Assembly: GCA_001899385.1 (NCBI GenBank)
Contig: MOYB01000003.1
Span: 1 to 24,000 of the forward strand
Source of the DNA: Candidatus Caenarcanum bioreactoricola
GTDB taxonomy: Bacteria; Cyanobacteriota; Vampirovibrionia; Caenarcaniphilales; Caenarcanaceae
Length of the DNA stretch: 24,000 bases
Direction of reading: 5' to 3'
Under the pieces are notes generated by a model. That model ran no database searches. It saw only the letters and a program-made list of their open reading frames with translations, and was not told the DNA's origin. This document shows positions 8,613-15,576 of this stretch, piece after piece; positions within the stretch are counted from its first letter, which is position 1; every line of letters begins with the position of its first letter. The translations under genes were made by a program, and so were the position numbers.

Positions 8613-11600
8613 TTATAAACTTAATCCAGCAATATCTGTAATATCAATATCTAAAACATTCATAAAATCTATATCTTCTATATAACCAGTACCAGCTGTA
8701 TTATTACTATTTTCCGCAAAATAATTTTCTATAAGAAGACTATTAGAACCAATAGTAATTAATAAATCATCACCAGTTGTAGTACTACCTTCTTGATGAG
8801 TAAAGATAGAACTTGAATAAGTAAAATCAGTTAAATCTATATTATCAGTACCTCCTCTATCTAAAATACGATCATTAGCAAAATCTTGTCTAAAAATATA
8901 ACTATCATTAGTTGAATAAACATCATAGAAATTATCATTTTGTGTAGTTGAAACAAAAAGATTTGCAGTATTATTTCCTCTTATATAAGAATCTCCTATT
9001 CTATTACCATTAGAATCAAATCTTTGAGAATAAATTCCTTCAGCATTCCCATCTTGATTATAAGATTGCCATGTAACTAAGAATCCACCATCTTCTAATC
9101 CAAGAACATTACAATCTCTTTGACTATTATTTGTATAAGAATTAACTTGAAATTCATTTCCTACTTTATTACCATTAGAATCATATCTTTGTGCGAAAAT
9201 CCCTTCATAACTACTATCTTGTCCATAAGACTGCCATGCTATTACAAATCCACCATCTTTTAATCCACTAACACTTGAATCTTGTTGACTATTTGTAATA
9301 TAAGTATTAACTTGAAATTCATTATCTATTTTATTACCATTAGAATCAAATATTTGTGCAAAAATTCCAAAATTATCTCCATCTTGAGCTTGTGAAGTCC
9401 AACTAATTACAAAATTGCCATTTTCTAAAACACTAGTTGCTATTTTTGATTGAGCTCCTGTAGTATAAGTATTAACTTGAAATTCACTACCTATTTTATT
9501 ACCATTAGAATCAAATATTTGAGCAAAAATTCCAAAATTATCGCCATCTTGTCTATTAGATTCCCATGTAATTAAAAAATTATTATTTGTAAGATTTGTT
9601 ATAAAAGGATTTTGTTGATCAAATTTTGTAGTTGTATTAATTTGAAATTCATTTCCTATTTTACTACCATCAAAATTAAATATTTGTGCATAAACTCCTA
9701 AACCATTCCCATCTTGGTTTTGAGAAGTCCAAGTAATTACAAAATTACCATTATCTAATGTACTTATCGCTGAAAGTTTTTGTGTACTTGCTGTATAAGT
9801 ATTAACTTGAAACTCACTTCCTATTCTGTTGCCTATAGAATCATATATTTGTGCATAAACCCCATAATTACTACCATCTTGACCATCTGATGACCATGTG
9901 ACAACAAAATTACCATTATTGAGACTATTAACTATTGCATTATCTTGACTTTTAGTTGTATAAGTATTAATTTGAAATTCATTACCTAGTTTATTTCCAT
10001 TAGAATCATACATTTGACCATAAATTCCAAAACTATCTCCATCTTGTCCATTTGATTGCCATGTAATCACTGTGTTGCCATTAATTAGTTCAGTAGAAGA
10101 AGCTAAAGATTGCGTTCCTTGATAATAAGTGCTAACAGAAGTTTCATTAGTAGAAATTAAATCATTTTTTAAAGTTATAGTTGCATTAAAAGTCTGATTA
10201 GTTATAGTTGTTTTTCCATCACTTAAACTAAAATTAAAATTAGCAGTTGTTGATTCAGTGCCATCATGTAATATTGCAACTTGTCCTGCTTCAATTTGTG
10301 CTTGTGTAAAACTTCCATTAGAATTTACCCAAGTATTAGTATTAATATCCCATTCTTGTACTATTAAACGTGTTTGGCTATTTATAGTATAAATTAAATT
10401 TTCTTTTAGTGTGTCTATATCTATAGCATTTAAATCAGCAGTTGTAATAATATATCTGGAAGATTCTATAAGTGCACTAGTTCTATCTCCGCTAAGAGTT
10501 GGAGCAATATTATTATGATTTACAGTAATATTAAAAGCTTGAGAAGTTAAAGTATTTATTCCGTCGCTAACAATAAAATTAAAACTTGAGTTCCCTGTTA
10601 ATGAATTATTATGCTGAAACATAACTAAATTGTTATTTATGTCAGCTTGTGTAAAAGTATTAGAAGCTATGCCATTAACTAAAATATTTCCATTAATTAA
10701 ATTATTTGCTGTATAAGTAAGTTGTGAAGCTGTATTATCTAAGTCAGTAGTATTTAAATCAGAAGAAGTTATTGTATATGTAGAACCTTCATTAACTTCT
10801 CCGGTTCTATCTCCTGAAAACACAGGAACTTCATTTATTTTTAAAATTAAATTTTCTATTTTTCCTGTTGTATAGTAATTATTTATTGTAATTTTATTTC
10901 CACTTCCAAAATCTAAAATTAAACTATTTCCACTTTTAGTCCATAAATTTGCTTCTATTTCATAATTAATTCCTATTTGTGTAATACCTGTGATATTTCC
11001 GATTAAATTACTAAGATCTAATGTATCGGTGCCTGCTGAATCTGTTATTATGTCTGTCCCATCATTAAGCTCATAAATATAAGTATCATTTTTATTTCCT
11101 CCAATAAAAACATCATTCCCAGCGCCACCATTAAAAATAGTATTATAATTTGTATTTCCGATAAGAACATCATGTCCTTGTCCAGCAATAATAGTGCTAA
11201 ATTTACTTAAATAATAAAAGTTTACAGTGTTAGAGCCTGAAGTAATAGCATTTGTTGTAATATTTAGATTTATTATAGTATTAGTAGTGATCAGAGAAAG
11301 ATCTAAAATATTTTCATATCTAATATTCTTAGGATTAAAATTATTTACATCTATTAGGTAATCTCGTCCAAAATTATCTTCGAAAACATAAGTATCAATA
11401 CCTAAGCCACCGTATAAATAATCATTACCAGTTCCACCAGCTAAAATATCATTACCATTTCCAGCATAGATTCTATCATTTCCATCTCCACCATATAATA
11501 TGTCATTTCCATTATCACCCAGAATAGTATCACTACCTTCATTGCCTTCTATATAATCATTATTAGCTCCACCAGATAATTTATCATTGCCTATACCTCC

Positions 11601-11885
11601 AAATAACTTATCATTGCCATTTCCACCTTCTAATGTGTCATTTCCAATACCACCATTTAAATAATCATTGCCATTAGCTGCTATAAGATAATCATTGCCT
11701 CCGTAACCAAAAAGATAATCATCACCATCTCCCGAAATAAGTACATCTGAGCCATTTTTACCTACTAAAGTATCGTTTCCTCCTAAAGAATACAAATAAT
11801 GATTATTATCAGTTAAAGCTATAAGAGTTACTCCTAAGCCTGATAAATCTTTTATTTGTATATATCTTGAAGGATTAATTACCAT
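8613..11885 (-). CDS. Giant multi-domain calcium-binding repeat protein (RTX nonapeptides + cadherin-like modules + 7 x 55-aa propeller-type repeats)
   Basis: Uninterrupted 1090-aa ORF with no N-terminal signal peptide. It contains 14 consecutive GGxGxDxUx nonapeptides (aa 35-160) plus a short second block (aa 236-268). Two modules of about 105-115 aa carry the FTQxxI...V...H......F.F..SDG signature. Seven tandem 55-aa repeats follow. The C-terminal module (GGTDNIDLTDF...LLI...IENYF...IEDIDF) resembles the non-repeat ends of RTX-family proteins. Confidence 0.85.
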   Translation of the reverse strand: MVINPSRYIQIKDLSGLGVTLIALTDNNHYLYSLGGNDTLVGKNGSDVLISGDGDDYLFGYGGNDYLIAANGNDYLNGGIGNDTLEGGNGNDKLFGGIGNDKLSGGANNDYIEGNEGSDTILGDNGNDILYGGDGNDRIYAGNGNDILAGGTGNDYLYGGLGIDTYVFEDNFGRDYLIDVNNFNPKNIRYENILDLSLITTNTIINLNITTNAITSGSNTVNFYYLSKFSTIIAGQGHDVLIGNTNYNTIFNGGAGNDVFIGGNKNDTYIYELNDGTDIITDSAGTDTLDLSNLIGNITGITQIGINYEIEANLWTKSGNSLILDFGSGNKITINNYYTTGKIENLILKINEVPVFSGDRTGEVNEGSTYTITSSDLNTTDLDNTASQLTYTANNLINGNILVNGIASNTFTQADINNNLVMFQHNNSLTGNSSFNFIVSDGINTLTSQAFNITVNHNNIAPTLSGDRTSALIESSRYIITTADLNAIDIDTLKENLIYTINSQTRLIVQEWDINTNTWVNSNGSFTQAQIEAGQVAILHDGTESTTANFNFSLSDGKTTITNQTFNATITLKNDLISTNETSVSTYYQGTQSLASSTELINGNTVITWQSNGQDGDSFGIYGQMYDSNGNKLGNEFQINTYTTKSQDNAIVNSLNNGNFVVTWSSDGQDGSNYGVYAQIYDSIGNRIGSEFQVNTYTASTQKLSAISTLDNGNFVITWTSQNQDGNGLGVYAQIFNFDGSKIGNEFQINTTTKFDQQNPFITNLTNNNFLITWESNRQDGDNFGIFAQIFDSNGNKIGSEFQVNTYTTGAQSKIATSVLENGNFVISWTSQAQDGDNFGIFAQIFDSNGNKIDNEFQVNTYITNSQQDSSVSGLKDGGFVIAWQSYGQDSSYEGIFAQRYDSNGNKVGNEFQVNSYTNNSQRDCNVLGLEDGGFLVTWQSYNQDGNAEGIYSQRFDSNGNRIGDSYIRGNNTANLFVSTTQNDNFYDVYSTNDSYIFRQDFANDRILDRGGTDNIDLTDFTYSSSIFTHQEGSTTTGDDLLITIGSNSLLIENYFAENSNNTAGTGYIEDIDFMNVLDIDITDIAGLSL
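8991..10148 (-). repeat. Seven in-frame tandem 165-bp (55-aa) coding repeats
   Basis: The anchor ATTAA(C/T)TTGAAAT recurs on the plus strand at 9141, 9306, 9471, 9636, 9801 and 9966 (exact 165-nt period), with a degenerate copy at 10131. The protein consensus is G[NS]EFQVNTYT..xQ....V..L.NGNFV.TW.S..QDG...GI[FY]AQI[FY]DSNGNKI. Confidence 0.9.
10167..10835 (-). other. Two cadherin-like (CSPG/FRAS1-type) modules within the giant protein
   Basis: aa 351-456 and 457-573 each contain ...DL...D.D.....L.YT...... FTQA.I....V...H.......F.F..SDG... This matches my memory of the cadherin-like/CSPG repeat signature. The assignment is by pattern only. Confidence 0.5.
11391..11783 (-). repeat. RTX (hemolysin-type calcium-binding) nonapeptide array, 14 x 27 bp
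   Basis: The array reads GGNDTLVGK NGSDVLISG DGDDYLFGY GGNDYLIAA NGNDYLNGG IGNDTLEGG NGNDKLFGG IGNDKLSGG ANNDYIEGN EGSDTILGD NGNDILYGG DGNDRIYAG NGNDILAGG TGNDYLYGG. Confidence 0.9.
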
Positions 11886-11909
11886 AATAAATTTAATAGT
11901 TGTTTTTAA

Positions 11910-11935
11910 AATTCCAAAGTACAGGGAATTCCAAA
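11910..11935 (-). promoter_or_regulatory. Direct repeat TTTGGAATT-N8-TTTGGAATT upstream of the giant RTX gene
   Basis: On the gene-sense strand TTTGGAATT occurs twice (11935-11927 and 11918-11910), 17 nt start-to-start. The proximal copy ends 24 nt before the ATG and is followed by TTAAAA. The same architecture occurs upstream of the poly-Asp gene. Confidence 0.45.
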
Positions 11936-11994
11936 CTCCTATAAAAGGGAAAATACTTCTTTGTTAAGGGATTACTATTAAAGATTTAGTAATT

Positions 11995-13176
11995 TTAATT
12001 ATTTAAAAGATCATTAATTATCCAATTATAAATATGTTCCTCTTTTTGATCTGGATGCATAATATCTTTATATTTTTGATTTTTAGGTTGTCTCCAATCT
12101 ATATGATTAAATCCAAAGAAAACTCTTGATAGTTCAGTACTTGGACAAAAATTATTTTTAGGAAAAATCCTTGACCATTCTTCAGGTTGTTTCTCGTTTT
12201 CATTGCAAACTCTTGCCCACAAAGCACTACTTAAAGGTGTAACACCATCATTTAATTTTAGATTATTTCTTAATTCAGGCTTTTCATCATTATATTTTTT
12301 TCTAGCCATAATTTTATTTAATTCTATTTGTGAAGTTCTTGAACTCATAAATAAATTCCTTGGTATACATTCAAGGAAAAAAACTTCTAAATATTCTGCG
12401 GGATTATCAGGATAAAAAGGGAAAAAGAAAGAACCATAAGTAATAAATTTATTTTTATTCTTTACTTCTGGAATAAAAGCTTGTTTAGGAGGATTATAAT
12501 TTGCAGAAGATGGCAAAGATTTATCAAAATCAAGCCAAGCTTGTTCTTTTTCTAAAAATTTATAACGATTTCTAAGCATATTTAAAACAAGAGTACTTTT
12601 AAATTTTATAATAGGATCTTTATTTTCTATAGCAGAATAAACAAGTTGAGGAGTTACAACAAAAGTACCCTGATGTCCTGTTGCCATTGTAATTACTTTA
12701 TCTGTCATAGATTCTAAATCAGAATGTTTATTTAAAATTATTCTAGGAAGAAGTCCTCCTTGGCTATAACCAATAAAATTAAGTGATTTAATATTTTTTT
12801 CTTGAATAAGCATTTGCCTTATAGCTTTTTCAAGAATATCCGAGGATTCATAAAGACTTCCCCAAGCATAATAACGAAAAACAAATATTTTATAATCTTT
12901 TAATTCAGGATCTATTCTAGTTTTCCAAATATTCCAGAAATTTCCCCATTCATATAATTCTTTACTTAATTTTGCAGAATTTAAACCAGGTATTAAAATC
13001 AAAGCTTTAGTAGCTTCAGATGATTGTTTTAAAGATATTTGTGTTAAAGTGTTAATTCTTTGTGAAGGTCCAGTAGCTATTCTAGAATCGTAATATATAT
13101 TTTGTTTTATATCTTTTGCTGATACAGCCATTGATATAAAAATTAGAAATATTAATAAAAATTTTAAAAGTTTCAT
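11995..13176 (-). CDS. Secreted alpha/beta-hydrolase, lipase/esterase-like (GxSxG = GYSQG)
   Basis: Sec signal peptide MKLLKFLLIFLIFISMAVSA|KD. It has a LILIPGLNS oxyanion-region-like strand and the nucleophile elbow FIGYSQGG (Ser138 codon at 12763-12765). A downstream TMATGHQGT motif resembles lipase class 2/DUF676/PGAP1-like hydrolases. Confidence 0.7.
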   Translation of the reverse strand: MKLLKFLLIFLIFISMAVSAKDIKQNIYYDSRIATGPSQRINTLTQISLKQSSEATKALILIPGLNSAKLSKELYEWGNFWNIWKTRIDPELKDYKIFVFRYYAWGSLYESSDILEKAIRQMLIQEKNIKSLNFIGYSQGGLLPRIILNKHSDLESMTDKVITMATGHQGTFVVTPQLVYSAIENKDPIIKFKSTLVLNMLRNRYKFLEKEQAWLDFDKSLPSSANYNPPKQAFIPEVKNKNKFITYGSFFFPFYPDNPAEYLEVFFLECIPRNLFMSSRTSQIELNKIMARKKYNDEKPELRNNLKLNDGVTPLSSALWARVCNENEKQPEEWSRIFPKNNFCPSTELSRVFFGFNHIDWRQPKNQKYKDIMHPDQKEEHIYNWIINDLLNN

Positions 13177-13254
13177 AATAATTTATTTTAAAAAAAGGGT
13201 TTTCCCCTATTCAAGTAATAAAATCCCTAAAGATCTTATCAAAAACTCTAGTTT

Positions 13255-13280
13255 TTTGGAATTTATTTATCACAGGAATA
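13255..13280 (+). promoter_or_regulatory. TTTGGAATT-N8-ACAGGAATA motif upstream of the poly-Asp gene
   Basis: TTTGGAATT is at 13255-13263 and the imperfect copy ACAGGAATA at 13272-13280 (17 nt start-to-start). It is followed by TTTTAAAA and the AGAGG Shine-Dalgarno, and ends 18 nt before the ATG. It is colinear with the block upstream of the giant RTX gene. Confidence 0.45.
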
Positions 13281-13298
13281 TTTTAAAAGAGGTTAGAA

Positions 13299-14420
13299 AT
13301 GTCAACAGGTTTTAATGCTTTTAATTATTACAACATAAATGCTGTTAATAATTTTGCTTCACTTAATAATGCGATACTTGTTCAATCGGGCAATGCAACA
13401 GGTTCTGCAGATGATAATATATCACCTGGATGGAATGGTGATAACAATTCAAATTTAAACGATATTTTTTATGGTGGATCTGGCCTTGAATGGTTTAATG
13501 GGGGAAATTCAACAACAGATGGTGCTAATATTTATGTTAGAGGTGCTTATACACTTAGTACAGATCCTACTGATCCTATTATAGCAGATACTGCTGGTTT
13601 GAACACTTATTTCGTAGGACCTGCACACGGAGCTTACACAAGAACTTATGATGGGTATGGGGACGTTAATGTGCCTGCAGATCCCGGCAGTAATGATATT
13701 ATAGATTTACAACAATCAACAACAGTAGGCGGAGTAACATATGATTTTCCAATTCAAAGCGAAGATCATGAAATAATATACATGGTAGGTGTTAGAGATA
13801 ATGAAGTAGGTCAAACCGATTTAATTGCAAGTCATGGGAGAGTTAATGGAACTGATTATCAAATAACCTATACTGATGGACATGTTACTTATATTAGAGG
13901 CATGTTTGATAGTGAAACTGATACAGAACCTAATGCAACTATTCAATATGATAATTGTGAAGAGCTTGATTTAGATATTCCTGATGACGACGATGATGAT
14001 GATGATGATGATGACGATGACGACGACGATGACGATGAGCCTGACGACGATGATGACGACGATGATGATGACGATGATGACGATGATGATGACGATGATG
14101 ATGACGACGATGATGATGACGATGATGATGACGACGATGATGACGACGACGAACCTGATGATGACTGCCCATGTCCACCAAATACAAATATAAATGTTAA
14201 TATAAATCCAATTCAGAATAATATAAATAACTCTGCATGGTCATGGTCAAATGCTCAAGTATTTAATAGCAATAGAAACCATTCAGGATCTCATTCTTCC
14301 TTTGGAAGTCTATTTAGAAATAATAGAGCAACAAATTTCGGCAATATAACACAAGTAAATGCAAATCCTTTTGTAGGACTTAATCTTGGAAATATATTTA
14401 ATCTCCTTGGAATAAGATAA
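13299..14420 (+). CDS. Hyper-acidic poly-aspartate protein (373 aa)
   Basis: ATG preceded by AGAGG, and a terminator follows. The N-terminal 225 aa is a Gly/Asp/Asn/Thr-rich domain with no signal peptide. The central tract carries 57 Asp in 63 residues. The C-terminal 80 aa is Asn-rich. Confidence 0.75.
   Translation: MSTGFNAFNYYNINAVNNFASLNNAILVQSGNATGSADDNISPGWNGDNNSNLNDIFYGGSGLEWFNGGNSTTDGANIYVRGAYTLSTDPTDPIIADTAGLNTYFVGPAHGAYTRTYDGYGDVNVPADPGSNDIIDLQQSTTVGGVTYDFPIQSEDHEIIYMVGVRDNEVGQTDLIASHGRVNGTDYQITYTDGHVTYIRGMFDSETDTEPNATIQYDNCEELDLDIPDDDDDDDDDDDDDDDDDDEPDDDDDDDDDDDDDDDDDDDDDDDDDDDDDDDDDDDDEPDDDCPCPPNTNINVNINPIQNNINNSAWSWSNAQVFNSNRNHSGSHSSFGSLFRNNRATNFGNITQVNANPFVGLNLGNIFNLLGIR
13983..14165 (+). 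repeat. GAT/GAC codon tract encoding D18-EP-D36-EP-D3
   Basis: Counted codon by codon: 18 Asp (13983-14036), GAG CCT, 36 Asp (14043-14150), GAA CCT, then 3 Asp. 23 of the 57 Asp codons are GAC, often in the unit GAC GAT GAT GAT. Confidence 0.95.
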
Positions 14421-14448
14421 AATATATATAAATTTCTAACTTTAATTT

Positions 14449-14483
14449 ATCCTTCTTTCTATAAATAGAGAGAGGGATTTTTT
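14449..14483 (+). terminator. Rho-independent terminator of the poly-Asp gene
   Basis: 13-bp stem in which 14449-14461 pairs with 14466-14478 (two G-U pairs in the plus-strand RNA), a TAAA loop, then a run of 5 T (14479-14483). It overlaps the murG stop codon on the other strand. Confidence 0.65.
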
Positions 14484-15576
14484 AATTAAAAAAAGATTTA
14501 ATAATATTACTTATTGTAATTACTGCATTTTTTTCTTTAAATTTTACTTCTAAATTTTTAAGATAAACTTCTTTTTTTTCAGTTATTTTATTAATTGCGG
14601 TAATTAAATTATTTACAGTTAAATCTTTTTGCTCTAAAAGAAAACAATAATCTTTAGAAGCAAGAATTGAAGCATTATAAAATTGATGATTTTGAGCAAG
14701 ATTAGGTAAAGGTATTATTATTGAAGGAATTTTCTTAGCACAGATTTCAGCTAAAGTCATTGCTCCTGCTCGTCCTATAATAAGATCAGTTGCTGAATAT
14801 AATAATGCTATTTTGTCTATATAAGAAAAAGCTTTGTAATTATTAAAATATTTTTCAGTTAAATTATTAATTTGATTTTTTAATCTCTGAAATTCTTTTT
14901 CTCCTAATTGATGAACTATTTGCCAATTATTAGCAATCAATTCTTCGATACAATCTAAAATAATATTATTAATTATTTGTGAACCTTGACTTCCTCCAGT
15001 AATAGTAAGAATTTTTTTATTAAAATCAAGTCCAAAGTCTTTACAAGCAATTTCTTTTGAAATTTCATTAAAAAATTCTTGTCTAATAGGATTTCCACTT
15101 AAAATAATAGGAGCATTTTTTGTTTTAATTATAGTTTTTGGTTCTAATCCAAAGCTAAGACAATTAGAATTCTTAGCAAAAATTTTATTTGATAAACCCA
15201 TAATAGAATCTAAATTATGAATTATATAAGGAATTTTAAAAAGATTTGCTGCTAATAAAATTGATGCAGAAGCATAACCACCAGTACTAAAAATTAAATC
15301 AGGTTTTTGTTTTTTTAAAATATAACAAGCTTCTATAGTTGCAAAAAAAAGTTTAAAAATCCAAAAAATTATTTTCCAAGATCTAGGCATTCCTCCTATA
15401 AAAGAAATATATTCTCTTTTTATATTTGCTTCTAAAGCCTTATTATCTTCTAATTTTGATTTGCAAACAAAATAAAAAAAATCAAATTCTTTATAATTCT
15501 TAAGGTTCTCATGTATAGCTAATATGGGATATATATGTCCACCGCTTCCACCACCTGCAAAAGCAATTTTTTTCAT
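14482..15576 (-). CDS. murG: Undecaprenyl-PP-MurNAc-pentapeptide GlcNAc transferase MurG
   Basis: N-terminal motif AGGGSGGHIYPILAI, GT28 layout, and the C-terminal TGGSQGS and RAGA.T..E motifs. Confidence 0.93.
   Translation of the reverse strand: MKKIAFAGGGSGGHIYPILAIHENLKNYKEFDFFYFVCKSKLEDNKALEANIKREYISFIGGMPRSWKIIFWIFKLFFATIEACYILKKQKPDLIFSTGGYASASILLAANLFKIPYIIHNLDSIMGLSNKIFAKNSNCLSFGLEPKTIIKTKNAPIILSGNPIRQEFFNEISKEIACKDFGLDFNKKILTITGGSQGSQIINNIILDCIEELIANNWQIVHQLGEKEFQRLKNQINNLTEKYFNNYKAFSYIDKIALLYSATDLIIGRAGAMTLAEICAKKIPSIIIPLPNLAQNHQFYNASILASKDYCFLLEQKDLTVNNLITAINKITEKKEVYLKNLEVKFKEKNAVITISNIIKSFFN

Noticed and set aside
8991-10148. Regular 165-bp periodicity considered as a possible CRISPR or satellite array
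   Set aside because: The whole period is homologous, with no unique spacers. It is in-frame within a 1090-aa ORF and translates to a conserved 55-aa protein repeat. No cas genes are present.
13190-13212. Mini hairpin GGG-AAAA-CCC followed by T7 (minus strand) just upstream of the hydrolase ATG, considered as an attenuator
   Set aside because: The stem is only 3-4 bp, too weak to call.
13939-14193. His/Arg-rich ORF (13939..14187, -) and Met/Thr-rich ORF (13984..14193, +)
   Set aside because: They are alternative-frame and antisense readings of the GAT/GAC tract (ATG/ACG and ATC/GTC codons). They begin and end with the repeat. Only the Asp frame extends into a long ORF with a Shine-Dalgarno and a terminator.
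8613-14420. Type I secretion system (ABC transporter/MFP/TolC) expected beside the RTX genes
   Set aside because: No such ORFs exist in the window. Secretion by T1SS is therefore only an inference from the RTX repeats, not a feature I can annotate.
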